The notes below the pieces were generated by a model, which ran no database searches, was not told the DNA's origin, and saw only the letters and a program-made list of their open reading frames with translations. A stretch of 64,000 nucleotides of DNA from an uncultured Alphaproteobacteria bacterium (lineage in GTDB: Bacteria > Pseudomonadota > Alphaproteobacteria > HIMB59 > GCA-002718135). Below, one piece after another: positions 1 to 10,073 of the stretch. The DNA lies in the NCBI GenBank assembly GCA_902618385.1, contig CACNAF010000004.1:762-64761 (forward strand), written 5' to 3'. Both the position numbers and the translations under genes were made by a program. Positions within the stretch are counted from its first letter, which is position 1, and each line of letters opens with the position of its first letter.

Positions 1-233
1 ACATCTGTGTGACCAGCATAAGCAAAATGCTTTCCTTCATTTCCTATCGTTGCAAATAAATTTTTTACTTCATAAGAATTGTTTCCAGAGAAAATTAATG
101 GATGACAGTCACATCCTATAGCACTTAGATGATTTTCAACGACTGTTAAAGCGCCCTCATCTTTTGGAGTTACACTTGCACATTTAACTAAGGATTGTGT
201 AAGAGTAACTGGATCAAAATTAATTTCTGACAT
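1..233 (-). CDS. dapE: Succinyl-diaminopimelate desuccinylase, N-terminal fragment (gene runs off the window start)
   Basis: Not in the ORF track. Reverse-strand ATG at 233-231 gives [36 protein letters not shown]...GKHFAYAGHTDV, a typical DapE/M20 N-terminus with the AGHTDV motif. The start overlaps the dapD stop (TAATG). Confidence 0.75.
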   Translation of the reverse strand, partial: MSEINFDPVTLTQSLVKCASVTPKDEGALTVVENHLSAIGCDCHPLIFSGNNSYEVKNLFATIGNEGKHFAYAGHTD

Positions 234-1057
234 TAATCTCTTAAAAGATCATTGATTGATGTTTTGCTTCTAGTTTTTTCATCAACTCTTTTAACAATAA
301 CTGCACAGTATAAAGAAGGATTAATATCTCCTTCTTTTTTTCCTGGTAATGTACCTGGTACCACAACTGAATACGCTGGAACTTTTCCCATATGAATTTC
401 CCCAGTTGATCGATCGACTATTTTTGTAGATGCTCCAATAAATACACCCATTGATAAAACCGCACCTTCACCAACAATAACACCTTCAGCCACTTCACTT
501 CTAGCTCCAATAAAACAATTGTCTTCAATAATCACAGGATTTGCTTGAAGAGGTTCAAGTACACCGCCAATACCAGCACCTCCAGAAATATGACAGTTTT
601 TACCTATTTGTGCACATGATCCAACTGTTGCCCAAGTATCAATCATTGTTCCTTCGTCAACATATGCACCAAGATTTACAAAAGAAGGCATTAAAACAAC
701 ACCTTTAGCAATAAATGCAGATTTTCTTACAACAGCGTCTGGTACATATCGAAATCCTGCTTTCAGATGATCATCTTTAGTCCAATTTGCAGTTTTACTT
801 TCTACTTTGTCAAACCAAGTAGCATGCGATGCTTTAATGATTTCATTATCATTTAATCTGAAACTTAAAAGAATTGCCTTTTTAATCCATTGATTAACTT
901 GCCATTCATTATTAATTTTTTCACAAACCCTTAAGCTACCACTATCAAGTTTGTTTAAAGTTTCATCTACTGCATTTCTAATATCACCTGCAGTATTGAC
1001 ATTAATATTATCTCTCTCCTCAAAGGCATCATTTATAATTCTTTCCAGATCACTCAT
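233..1057 (-). CDS. dapD: 2,3,4,5-tetrahydropyridine-2,6-dicarboxylate N-succinyltransferase
   Basis: 274 aa. Hexapeptide-repeat C-terminal half ([36 protein letters not shown]) typical of DapD. Lies next to dapE. Confidence 0.9.
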   Translation of the reverse strand: MSDLERIINDAFEERDNINVNTAGDIRNAVDETLNKLDSGSLRVCEKINNEWQVNQWIKKAILLSFRLNDNEIIKASHATWFDKVESKTANWTKDDHLKAGFRYVPDAVVRKSAFIAKGVVLMPSFVNLGAYVDEGTMIDTWATVGSCAQIGKNCHISGGAGIGGVLEPLQANPVIIEDNCFIGARSEVAEGVIVGEGAVLSMGVFIGASTKIVDRSTGEIHMGKVPAYSVVVPGTLPGKKEGDINPSLYCAVIVKRVDEKTRSKTSINDLLRD

Positions 1058-1728
1058 ATTTTACCTTCATTTACATCTTTTAAAAATAAACTCAAATCTC
1101 TTGTTTGAAAATCTAAATATTCTTTAGATGCTTCAATATCATCGGAAAAATTTTCATAACCAGCATCAACCCAGACAGGTGTAAAACCAACTTTTTTTGC
1201 TGGAACTAAATTCTTTGCAATATCATCAAACATTGCGGATTTATTTGCTTCGATATCAAATAAGTCGATAATTTTTTCATAGGGAGAAATTTCTGGCTTA
1301 GGAATATAATTAGCCATTTTAATATCATATATTTCATCAAAAAAGTTTGTTAGATTTATTTTCTCTAACACATCTAAGACATGTTGCTTATTAGCATTTG
1401 TATAAATAATTTTTCTTCCCTCAAGTTTATATAATTCATCATTAAGATTTTGATTTGGACCAACAATTGAGTAATCTAACTTATGAACTTCTTCTAAAAA
1501 ATAATCAGGATCTACATCATGATTATCCATCATACCTCTTAATGTAGTGCCATGTTGTTTGTAATATTTTGCTTGTAGTTTTTTTGCTTCAGCTAATTCC
1601 ATATTTAAATTTTTAGCTACAAACTCACCCATTAACTTATGTACTTGCTGAAAAATTCCACTGTCTGCAGAGTACAGTGTGTTATCTAGATCAAATATCC
1701 AGGTATTGATGTTATCTTTAAAGCTCAT
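1054..1728 (-). CDS. HAD-superfamily hydrolase, pyrimidine 5'-nucleotidase-like
   Basis: 224 aa. Intact HAD motif I ([10 protein letters not shown]) and an MFDD...KKVGF motif IV region. Layout resembles the IA-type pyrimidine 5'-nucleotidase subfamily. Confidence 0.65.
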   Translation of the reverse strand: MSFKDNINTWIFDLDNTLYSADSGIFQQVHKLMGEFVAKNLNMELAEAKKLQAKYYKQHGTTLRGMMDNHDVDPDYFLEEVHKLDYSIVGPNQNLNDELYKLEGRKIIYTNANKQHVLDVLEKINLTNFFDEIYDIKMANYIPKPEISPYEKIIDLFDIEANKSAMFDDIAKNLVPAKKVGFTPVWVDAGYENFSDDIEASKEYLDFQTRDLSLFLKDVNEGKI

Positions 1729-2640
1729 TTAATTACTTGTTATTTGTGTACCAATTCCATGTTCAGTGAATAACTCTAATATTACTGAATGAGGAATTCT
1801 TCCATCTAAAATAGTAGATTTTTTAACACCTTTTTTCATTGCATCAATACATGTATTAATTTTTGGCTTCATACCTCCAAAAATATATTCTTTATTAGCA
1901 ATATTTTTAGCTTCTTCTAAAGTTATTGATGATATTAATTTTTCATTTTTGTCTAAAATTCCAGGTACATCGGTTAGTAATAATAATTTACTTGCCTGTA
2001 ACTCACCTGCTATAAAACCCGCAACAGTGTCAGCATTAATATTATATGTAAAATTATTTTCATCCTTACCTAAAGGAGATATGACAGGTATTTGACCATT
2101 TTTTATAAAGCTAGTTAGCATATCTTTGTTTAATTTTTTTGGTTGTCCAACAAAACCAATATCAACTATTTTTTCAATATTTGAATCACTATCTTTAATT
2201 TCCACATTCAATTTAGTTGCAGTGACTAAGTTATCATTACCAGATACTCCTATCGCTTTTCCTCCAGAGGCACTTATAGATTCTACTATTTCTGAATTGA
2301 TATCCTTAGATAAAACTTCCTCAACTACCTTAATTGTTTCTTTATCAGTAACTCGTAATCCTTCAACAAATTGTGTTGATATATTTTTTGATTTAAGTCT
2401 CTCACCAATTTGAGGCCCTCCACCATGAATAATAATTGGTGACACACCTACTTCTTTTAATAACCCAATATCTCTTGAAAAACTCTCAGACAGTTTTTTA
2501 TCTCCCATTGCATGTCCACCGTATTTTATTACAATGGTATCACCACTATGTTCTCGAATGTATGGAAGAGCTTCAACTAAGGTTGAGGCTTTATGAATAA
2601 AATAGGCCTGATCACTCTCTGATAAAAAATCAAATTTCAT
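1729..2640 (-). CDS. argB: Acetylglutamate kinase
   Basis: 303 aa. Amino-acid kinase fold motifs (VIKYGGHAM, IIHGGGPQI, NINADTVAG). Confidence 0.9.
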   Translation of the reverse strand: MKFDFLSESDQAYFIHKASTLVEALPYIREHSGDTIVIKYGGHAMGDKKLSESFSRDIGLLKEVGVSPIIIHGGGPQIGERLKSKNISTQFVEGLRVTDKETIKVVEEVLSKDINSEIVESISASGGKAIGVSGNDNLVTATKLNVEIKDSDSNIEKIVDIGFVGQPKKLNKDMLTSFIKNGQIPVISPLGKDENNFTYNINADTVAGFIAGELQASKLLLLTDVPGILDKNEKLISSITLEEAKNIANKEYIFGGMKPKINTCIDAMKKGVKKSTILDGRIPHSVILELFTEHGIGTQITSN

Positions 2641-2642
2641 AT

Positions 2643-3263
2643 TTATTGTGATAACCCGTATATAGATCTTTGAATCTCTGTAATACCATTATTTTTTTTG
2701 GTCTCAGATTGATATATTTTCGTAAATGATTTTTCATAATTTTGCATTAAACTTAAAATTGATTTTTTTTGATATTCTAAATAGTTATTAGATATTTTAT
2801 CTATTTTAGTTAAAATTATTGAAAATTTTCTTGAACAATCACTCAATAAATCCAACATATCAATATCAGAATTTTTGATACCAACTTTTGAGTCAATGAG
2901 TAAAAAAACATGATCAAGTGTATCTCTATTTTCTATATATTCTTCAATCAGGGTCATTAAGTTTTCTCGAGCAACTTTTGATACTTTGGCAAAACCATAG
3001 CCTGGCAAATCAATCATATTTATTTTTTCACTAATTAAAAAAACATTTATAGCCTGAGTTCTTCCTGGAGTTTTACTAGTTTTCGCTAGTTTTTTTGTTT
3101 TAGTTAACGAATTTATTAAACTAGATTTTCCAACATTAGATCTACCTATAAAACAACATTCTTTTTTTATATCTGAATAAGGAATGTCTTTAAATGACTG
3201 AAAGGAACCTAAAAACTTATTATTATTAAAAAAGTTATTTAAATTTTTATTTAAGCTAGCCAT
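2643..3263 (-). CDS. engB: Ribosome biogenesis GTP-binding protein YihA/YsxC
   Basis: 206 aa. G1 motif GRSNVGKSSLIN and G3 DLPGYG. Conserved position downstream of yidC. Confidence 0.85.
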   Translation of the reverse strand: MASLNKNLNNFFNNNKFLGSFQSFKDIPYSDIKKECCFIGRSNVGKSSLINSLTKTKKLAKTSKTPGRTQAINVFLISEKINMIDLPGYGFAKVSKVARENLMTLIEEYIENRDTLDHVFLLIDSKVGIKNSDIDMLDLLSDCSRKFSIILTKIDKISNNYLEYQKKSILSLMQNYEKSFTKIYQSETKKNNGITEIQRSIYGLSQ

Positions 3264-4983
3264 TTTTGGCTAAAATTCTTCTTTGAATATACCATTGCTG
3301 CGCAATTGATAAAATATTGTTCACTGACCAATATAAAACTAAACCAGCTGCAAAACCAGCTAGTACAAAAGTAAATACAAATGGAAGTAATGCAAAAATT
3401 CTAGCCTGTGTTGGATCAGCGGGAGCAGGATTTAGTTTTTGTTGTAACCACATAGTGAAGCCCATAATGATAGGAAGAATACCAATATCAATTATTGAAA
3501 GTATAGGTGGCACATCCCAAGGAACTAATCCAAATATTGTCATTAAGCCTAATGGGTCTGGCGCAGATAGATCATGAATCCATCCATAAAAAGGAGCGTG
3601 ATACATCTCTATCGTAACAAACAACACTTTATACAAAGAGAAGAAAATTGGTATCTGTACTAAAATTGGTAGACAACCCGCAACAGGATTAGCACCCTCT
3701 CTTTTATACAAGGCCATTAGTTCTTGCTGCATTTTTTGTCTGTCATTTGGATATGTTTCTTTTAATCTTTGCATATCAGGCTGAAGTTTTTTCATCTTTG
3801 CCATAGATTTAAAAGATGCTTGTGCCAGTGGGAATAAAATTAAACGCATTAAAATGGTAAAGGCAATTATTGCTAGACCAAAATTACCTGCATAACCAAA
3901 AAACCAATTAATGGCATATGAAACAGGTTTAGTTAAAAAACTAAACCAGCCCCAGTCAATTGCATCAGTAAATCTTGGTATAGAGAGATTTTCATCATAA
4001 GCACTTAAGACATTTAATTTTTTTGCACCCACAAATAATTTTCCGCCGTAAGATATATTTTCACCCGAGTTAATTTTATATATCTGACCAACATAACCTG
4101 CCCTATAGCTATCACGTCCATTATTACCATACCTATAATTGACGTTAATGGATTGGTCAGCATCAGGAATTAAAGCAGACATCCAATATTTGTCTGTAAA
4201 ACCTAACCAACCTCCTTGTGTTTTATTATCGCAAAACTCTTTTTTTGTTTGCATTAATGAATTACAATCATCGGCAATATCATCATAATTTTTTTCCAAT
4301 AATTCGTCGTTTATTAGACTAATTAAACCCTCGTGAAGTATAAAAAAATTAATTGTATCTGGTGTGTTTATTCTTTTGATTAATCTGTATGGAAAAACTT
4401 CAATATCTTCACCACTGTTATTTTCTATTTCCTGTGTAATTGTAAACATATACTCATCATCAACTTGATAGTTGATTTTGAAAGTTATATTTTTATTATT
4501 CGTCCAACTAAGTGTAACAGGGCTTGAGGGGCTTAGAGTGGTAGAGTTAGTTTTCCAATTTGTTTCTAAATCAGGTAGTTCAATGTTAGAATTTTTTAGC
4601 TCTTTCCAACCTGTTTCAATATAATATGGATTAGCAGTCCCATCCGGTAACAAAAGCTGTATATTAGTCGAATCAGGTTCTAAGCTAGTTTTATATTTTG
4701 ATAATATGAGGTCATCTAAAATTGCTCCTTTTAAATTTATAGAACCTTTAATAGATGCATTTTCAAAAATAACTCTGTCGGTTTGAATTAAAGCTTCATC
4801 TCTACTTTGTATTTCTGAAACAACTTGGCTGCTTTGTCCGTCAATGGATGTTGCAGGCTCTAATACTTCATCTTCTTCAAAGGATGTTGTTTGAATTGGT
4901 TGAGTTGGAAATAATAATTGAAAAAAAATAATTATCGCAATTGAAATACCAATAGCCAAATATAAATTTCTTTGCTCGTTCAT
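3256..4983 (-). CDS. yidC: Membrane protein insertase YidC
   Basis: 575 aa. N-terminal TM segment, large periplasmic domain, and C-terminal 60-kDa insertase core (LRLILFPL...[14 protein letters not shown]). Part of the rpmH-rnpA-yidD-yidC synteny. Confidence 0.92.
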   Translation of the reverse strand: MNEQRNLYLAIGISIAIIIFFQLLFPTQPIQTTSFEEDEVLEPATSIDGQSSQVVSEIQSRDEALIQTDRVIFENASIKGSINLKGAILDDLILSKYKTSLEPDSTNIQLLLPDGTANPYYIETGWKELKNSNIELPDLETNWKTNSTTLSPSSPVTLSWTNNKNITFKINYQVDDEYMFTITQEIENNSGEDIEVFPYRLIKRINTPDTINFFILHEGLISLINDELLEKNYDDIADDCNSLMQTKKEFCDNKTQGGWLGFTDKYWMSALIPDADQSINVNYRYGNNGRDSYRAGYVGQIYKINSGENISYGGKLFVGAKKLNVLSAYDENLSIPRFTDAIDWGWFSFLTKPVSYAINWFFGYAGNFGLAIIAFTILMRLILFPLAQASFKSMAKMKKLQPDMQRLKETYPNDRQKMQQELMALYKREGANPVAGCLPILVQIPIFFSLYKVLFVTIEMYHAPFYGWIHDLSAPDPLGLMTIFGLVPWDVPPILSIIDIGILPIIMGFTMWLQQKLNPAPADPTQARIFALLPFVFTFVLAGFAAGLVLYWSVNNILSIAQQWYIQRRILAKNG

Positions 4984-5225
4984 TTATTTAACTCAGATTT
5001 TTTTGGTACTGGATCAAATCCGTGGGAACCCCAGGGATGACATTTTGAAATTCTTTTCACCGATAAAATTGATCCTTTAAATAACCCATGTTCCTTTAAT
5101 GCTTTAATAGAATACTCAGAACAGGTTGGTAAATACCGACAATTCTGCCCAAGTATTGGTGAAATCAATAACTGGTATAATCTAATTATTATGATTAAAG
5201 GTAATGAAATATATTTACTAACCAT
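4980..5225 (-). CDS. yidD: Membrane protein insertion efficiency factor YidD
   Basis: 81 aa. Motif [19 protein letters not shown]...KRISKCHPW is diagnostic of YidD. Confidence 0.88.
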   Translation of the reverse strand: MVSKYISLPLIIIIRLYQLLISPILGQNCRYLPTCSEYSIKALKEHGLFKGSILSVKRISKCHPWGSHGFDPVPKKSELNK

Positions 5226-5547
5226 TTATCTTTCCCTTAAGTTCTAATAAAAGTTTATCAAATTTCTCTTCGAGCAATGACGTTTTAGCTATTAACACAT
5301 AATATGAATTAATTTTACCATTAATAATAATTTTTCTAGCTAATTCTCTCATTATTCTCTTTGCTCTATTTCTTTTTACTGCGTTGCCAATTTTTTTGGA
5401 AGCTGTGTATCCTACACCTATAGAATTTTCTAGATCTTGATTGTGTAAAATTTGGATATTCATATTTTTACCTTTTATAAATTCTCCCTCGTTTCGTATC
5501 ATAACGAAGGTCGATCTTTTCTTAATTGTAAATAATGTTTGGGCCAT
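5218..5547 (-). CDS. rnpA: Ribonuclease P protein component
   Basis: 109 aa basic protein ([18 protein letters not shown] = RnpA RNR motif region). Lies between rpmH and yidD. Confidence 0.8.
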   Translation of the reverse strand: MAQTLFTIKKRSTFVMIRNEGEFIKGKNMNIQILHNQDLENSIGVGYTASKKIGNAVKRNRAKRIMRELARKIIINGKINSYYVLIAKTSLLEEKFDKLLLELKGKING

Positions 5548-5556
5548 TTGGCCTTT

Positions 5557-5691
5557 TTAAGCGCTTAATTGAGCTCTTCCTTTTGCACGTCTTCTATTAA
5601 TGATTTGACGACCTGCTTTAGTTGCCATTCTAGCCCTAAAACCGTGTCTTCTTTTTCTAATTACTCTACTAGGTTGGTAAGTGCGTTTCAT
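5557..5691 (-). CDS. rpmH: 50S ribosomal protein L34
   Basis: Too short for the ORF track. Reverse-strand ATG 5691 to TAA 5557 encodes [44 protein letters not shown] (44 aa), the canonical L34 sequence. Confidence 0.93.
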   Translation of the reverse strand: MKRTYQPSRVIRKRRHGFRARMATKAGRQIINRRRAKGRAQLSA

Positions 5692-5745
5692 AATAAATCT
5701 CTGGGCCTAATACGAATTCATTATATATAAGTCAAATATTTACTT

Positions 5746-6585
5746 ATGCAATCGATGAAAATTTTCAGAAAAGCTAGTGAATTAGAGCCAAATTTAGTTT
5801 CAATCAAAGACAAGGGTCAGTCTATTGGTTTAGTTTTAACAATGGGAAACTTACACGATGGACATTTATCTCTCATTAGAGAAGCACAATTACATAACGA
5901 ATTTGTGATCTGTTCAATATTTATTAATCCTACTCAATTTAACAATGAAAATGATTTCAATTCTTATCCAAAGACAATTGATGAAGATATTTCTAAATTA
6001 GAAAATATTGGTTGTAATGCACTCTTCTTACCTGACATTCAAGAGATATACCCTAAAGGATTGGCAAAGAAAAAAATTGTAAACAATTTTAGAAATATTT
6101 TATGTGATAAATTTCGACCTGGCCATTTTGATGGAGTTACTACTGTTGTGGATCTTTTTTTTAATATGATTAAACCAACAAATAGTTATTTTGGTGAGAA
6201 GGATTTTCAGCAAGTAAAAATAATACAAGATTTAGTAAAAATTAATCATCACAATATTAAAATAATTCAATGCCCATCTGTACGAGATAAAACAGGTATG
6301 AGTTTATCTTCAAGGAACTCTAAATTTTCTAATGATCAATTAAAAATTTTTGATGTATTAGGAAATAAAATTAAAGAACATATTAATCTGTTAAAACAAA
6401 ATGAAATTAATAATTTAGATCAATTAAAAATAGAGTTTCTTCAAAATAATATAAATAAAATTGACTATTTAGAGATAAGAAATGAAAATAATTTAGAAAT
6501 AACAAAAAATTATTCTGAAGCTAGATTATTTATTGCTTTATATATTGGTGAAATTAGAATTATTGATAATTTTAAATTATATTAA
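5746..6585 (+). CDS. panC: Pantoate--beta-alanine ligase
   Basis: 279 aa. TMGNLHDGHLSL (HxGH nucleotidyltransferase motif of PanC) and FGEKDFQQ. Confidence 0.9.
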   Translation: MQSMKIFRKASELEPNLVSIKDKGQSIGLVLTMGNLHDGHLSLIREAQLHNEFVICSIFINPTQFNNENDFNSYPKTIDEDISKLENIGCNALFLPDIQEIYPKGLAKKKIVNNFRNILCDKFRPGHFDGVTTVVDLFFNMIKPTNSYFGEKDFQQVKIIQDLVKINHHNIKIIQCPSVRDKTGMSLSSRNSKFSNDQLKIFDVLGNKIKEHINLLKQNEINNLDQLKIEFLQNNINKIDYLEIRNENNLEITKNYSEARLFIALYIGEIRIIDNFKLY

Positions 6586-7190
6586 GGTATTAACCAATTA
6601 TATTCTGGTTCGTTATTTTTAAATGTTAATTTTAATCTACGATGACCTGAAATTTCTAAATAAAGCCAATCAATTTCATTAATTTTATTTTCAACTACTG
6701 TAAAATTTTTATATCCTTTTTCACTTTCTTCATGACTTGGTTCCTTTCCGGTTAAGTGTTCAGGGATACCATCTTCTGGAAATTCAGTGATTGAGCTTGG
6801 ATCTTTCAATGTTAAGTAACATTTTCTACTAAACAATCTTGTTTTGTCCCACATTTCTTTAGCTTTATCATTCTGATTATTAACCAAAGACGTTGTTTTG
6901 ATTCGCATTTGAATTTTTAATTTATGATCATAAAAAACAAATTGAGAACTACTATTTTTTTTTAAATTAGGAACCTTCGGAGATCTAAAGTCTGTGTGAA
7001 AATTTAGTGTCATGCTACTGGGATCAAACTTTCTTAAGACTACAACTCTAGAATCAATTCCACCTTCACTATTAATATTACTAAAGACTGGAGTGTGAAA
7101 GGTGTGTTTTCTATCTTTAACTCCTCTAGTTAAATTTTTCTTTATATCCTCAAATATTTCTGCAGCATTTTCTTTTGAAGAAGTCGACAT
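6582..7190 (-). CDS. Pyridoxamine 5'-phosphate oxidase-like FMN-binding family protein
   Basis: 202 aa. The pattern HTFHTPVF...SRVVVLRKFD...FHTDFRS...IQMRI resembles the PNPOx-like split-barrel family. Specific function unknown. Confidence 0.5.
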   Translation of the reverse strand: MSTSSKENAAEIFEDIKKNLTRGVKDRKHTFHTPVFSNINSEGGIDSRVVVLRKFDPSSMTLNFHTDFRSPKVPNLKKNSSSQFVFYDHKLKIQMRIKTTSLVNNQNDKAKEMWDKTRLFSRKCYLTLKDPSSITEFPEDGIPEHLTGKEPSHEESEKGYKNFTVVENKINEIDWLYLEISGHRRLKLTFKNNEPEYNWLIP

Positions 7191-7231
7191 TGTTATTGTA
7201 ATATAAATTGTTTTGAAGAAATAGCTAGATA

Positions 7232-8026
7232 ATGGAAATAAATAAAATTACGAATTTATTGAATCTGGAGCATGTTAAGTTTTTAATATCTATCTTTAAA
7301 GAAAATAATATTGAAATTCGATTAGTAGGAGGATGTATACGAGATGCTCTTCTTGAAAGAGAAATCAAAGATATTGATACAGCAACAACTTTGGAGCCTC
7401 AGGATGTTTTGTCATTACTAAAAGATAACAATATTGAATTTGATGATTTTGCTATTCAATATGGATCTATAATTGCTTATCCTCATAATCGAAAAATACA
7501 AATTACAACTTTACGTGAAGATATTAATCAAATGGGAAGACATACAAATGTAATTTACACCAACAGCTGGAAAAAAGATTCAGCCAGAAGAGATTTTACT
7601 TTCAATGCTTTATATGTCGGAAACAATAATAAACTACATGATTATTACAATGGCCAATCAGATTTAAATGAAAGTAAAATTCGTTTTATTGGTGAAATAG
7701 AGGATAGAATAAAAGAAGATTACTTAAGAATCTATCGATACTTTAGATTTAGAGGTTTATTTAATTTGCCTAAAACATCTTTAAGTGATCAAAAAATTGT
7801 AGAAAAATATATTCACGAATCTTTAGCAGTGTTGACCAACGATGTAATAAGGCAAGAAATATTAAAAATGTTTAATATGTCTTTTCCATTAAATTGTTTT
7901 TACATATCTCATCAAACGTTACAAAAATTTAAATGGGTTGAAATAGTGCAAGAGCATTTCATACGAACAAAATATGATCTTGGATTAAATAAATGTCTGA
8001 ATAAGATTGATAATTTAATAAATTAG
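7232..8026 (+). CDS. cca: tRNA nucleotidyltransferase / poly(A) polymerase family protein, unusually short
   Basis: 264 aa. Class-II NTase motifs are present: LVGGCIRDALL...DIDTAT (A), RRDFTFNAL (B), EDYLRIYRYFRF (D). Little sequence follows the neck region. Confidence 0.75.
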   Translation: MEINKITNLLNLEHVKFLISIFKENNIEIRLVGGCIRDALLEREIKDIDTATTLEPQDVLSLLKDNNIEFDDFAIQYGSIIAYPHNRKIQITTLREDINQMGRHTNVIYTNSWKKDSARRDFTFNALYVGNNNKLHDYYNGQSDLNESKIRFIGEIEDRIKEDYLRIYRYFRFRGLFNLPKTSLSDQKIVEKYIHESLAVLTNDVIRQEILKMFNMSFPLNCFYISHQTLQKFKWVEIVQEHFIRTKYDLGLNKCLNKIDNLIN

Positions 8027-8427
8027 TTTTTAAGTTTACAATTTTCGCACAAACCAAATATTTCTAAATTATGTTTTTTATAATTGAAGTTATTTTTTTC
8101 TGCTTGTTTTGAAAAATAAGAAAACAAATTATTTCCAGTTAGCTCAGTAACACTATCACAGTTTTCACATATCAAAAAAGATGTAGAAGTTTTTGCATTA
8201 CAGCCTTCATGCTTACAAGCAACATATGAATTTCTACTTTCTATTTTATGTACTTTACCAATTTCTATAAGCTTATCTAAAGCTCTATAAACTTGAAGAG
8301 GAGATTTAATTCCTTTTTTTTGAATATCAAAAAGGATTGTATATGCTTTAAGAGGTTCTGATGAGTTTTCTAAAATATCAAGAACTGTTTTCTGGTTTTT
8401 GGTTAAATTTTCTGATGCTAATGCCAT
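8023..8427 (-). CDS. zur: Fur-family zinc uptake regulator
   Basis: Fur-like winged helix plus two CxxC pairs (CENC...CENC). Last gene of the znuC-znuB operon. The track ORF starts at TTG 8442; I prefer ATG 8427 (MALASENL...). Confidence 0.75.
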   Translation of the reverse strand: MALASENLTKNQKTVLDILENSSEPLKAYTILFDIQKKGIKSPLQVYRALDKLIEIGKVHKIESRNSYVACKHEGCNAKTSTSFLICENCDSVTELTGNNLFSYFSKQAEKNNFNYKKHNLEIFGLCENCKLKN

Positions 8428-8449
8428 AATTTTAATTAACAAATAGTTT

Positions 8450-9253
8450 TCATTTTTGCAACTGACCCTTTATCTCTAGAGGAATAAGTGAAATAATAAA
8501 TAATAATAATGCAACTACAATTATAGAAGGCCCTGAAGAAGTATTAATCTCAAGCGAAACAAACAATCCTGCAATTACAGATACGACACCAGCTAAAGTT
8601 GCAATTATAACCATTTGACGAGGACTGCTGCTAATATTTCTTGCAATTGCTGCAGGTATTAAAAGTAAACCAGTTATCAATAAAGCGCCAATCATTTTAA
8701 TAGATAAAGCAATTACTCCTGCCAATAAGAGTGTGAATATAAAATTAGAAACTTCTGGTCGCATTCCTTCTGCTGCTGACAAATCATAATTTACCGTTGC
8801 TGAAAATAAAGATTTCCAAATAAAGTACAAAATCAATAATATTGTAGCACCACCTAAATAAACTATAGTTATATCTTCTACATCAACTGCAAGTATATCT
8901 CCAAATAATAAACCCATAAGGTCAAATCTAATTGATGTAAGAAACCCAATTAATACTAAACCTATAGCAAGTGTAGAGTGAGCAAGTAGACCGAGTAATG
9001 AGTCTCCTGCGAGTTTTGTTCTTTTTTGTAAATTAATTAATAGTAAAGCAACAACAGCTGAAATTATAAAAACTGAAAATGTAATATTAAAGCTAAAAGA
9101 ATAAGCTAAAGTTACACCCAATAATGCCGAGTGAGACAGCGTATCTCCAAAATAGGATAACCTTCTCCAAATTACAAGACATCCTAGAGGTCCGGCAATT
9201 ATTGCAATACCAATGCCAGCTATGAGAGCTCTAGTAAAAAAATCATCAAACAT
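8450..9253 (-). CDS. znuB: Zinc ABC transporter permease
   Basis: 267 aa polytopic membrane protein of the ABC-3 (ZnuB/MntB) type. Sits between znuC and zur. Confidence 0.85.
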   Translation of the reverse strand: MFDDFFTRALIAGIGIAIIAGPLGCLVIWRRLSYFGDTLSHSALLGVTLAYSFSFNITFSVFIISAVVALLLINLQKRTKLAGDSLLGLLAHSTLAIGLVLIGFLTSIRFDLMGLLFGDILAVDVEDITIVYLGGATILLILYFIWKSLFSATVNYDLSAAEGMRPEVSNFIFTLLLAGVIALSIKMIGALLITGLLLIPAAIARNISSSPRQMVIIATLAGVVSVIAGLFVSLEINTSSGPSIIVVALLLFIISLIPLEIKGQLQK

Positions 9254-9995
9254 TATTTGTTACTCTCCCATCTGTTTCATGAGAATGATCATGATTATGT
9301 TGATAAAGTGATAGAGTTGTGGCGTTATGTTCACCAAATAATTCTATGTATGCCGAATTCTTTACAATTGATCTTGGCGTTCCAGAGCAACATATATGAC
9401 CATTTAAGCAAATTACATGATCTGTAGCTGACATAACAAAATGAAGATCATGTGATATCAGTAATATTCCACAATTAAGTGTTGAACAAATTTTTTTAAT
9501 AAGATTATAAAGTGCAATTTCTCCATTAAAATCTACACCTTGAACTGGTTCATCCAAAACAAGTAAGTCTGGTTTTTTTGCGATTGCTCTGGCGATTAAG
9601 ACTCTTTGAAATTCTCCGCCAGATAAATTATGAATATCGTTATAGAGAAGGTTATCTACTCCAGTTAATTTTAAAGCATCAACAATTTCAAGATTATTTA
9701 TATGACTTGTTAATTTCATAAAATCAACGACACGAAGAGGCATTGTCCAATCAATATTAATTTTTTGTGGTACGTAAGCCATTTTAGAAGCAAAGTTTTT
9801 TATTTGCCCTTCATCAGACTTAAGTATCTTAAGTATCATTTTAGCTGAAGTTGTTTTTCCAGAACCATTAGGCCCTATTAGAGTAACAATTTTCCCCTTG
9901 TGAATTTCCAAGCTTATTCCTCGTACAATCCACTTGGATGACTTGTACACACCACAGTTATCTAGTTTAACCAATAAATTATTATTTTCTGCCAT
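9246..9995 (-). CDS. znuC: Zinc ABC transporter ATP-binding protein
   Basis: 249 aa. Walker A GPNGSGKTT, signature LSGGEFQR, Walker B LLVLDEP, and a His-rich C-terminus (HNHDHSHETD). Confidence 0.85.
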   Translation of the reverse strand: MAENNNLLVKLDNCGVYKSSKWIVRGISLEIHKGKIVTLIGPNGSGKTTSAKMILKILKSDEGQIKNFASKMAYVPQKINIDWTMPLRVVDFMKLTSHINNLEIVDALKLTGVDNLLYNDIHNLSGGEFQRVLIARAIAKKPDLLVLDEPVQGVDFNGEIALYNLIKKICSTLNCGILLISHDLHFVMSATDHVICLNGHICCSGTPRSIVKNSAYIELFGEHNATTLSLYQHNHDHSHETDGRVTNNV

Positions 9996-10014
9996 TTTAT
10001 TATTTACAACTTAA

Positions 10015-10033
10015 AATGTTATATTATAACATT
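10015..10033. promoter_or_regulatory. Zur box in the divergent znuC / znuA promoter region
   Basis: Perfect 19-nt palindrome AATGTTATATTATAACATT. It matches the proteobacterial Zur operator core (GTTATA-N-TATAAC) and lies 41 nt upstream of the znuA ATG. Confidence 0.75.
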
Positions 10034-10073
10034 ACAATACTTTAACACACTTAAATCTAATAGGAATACTTTT

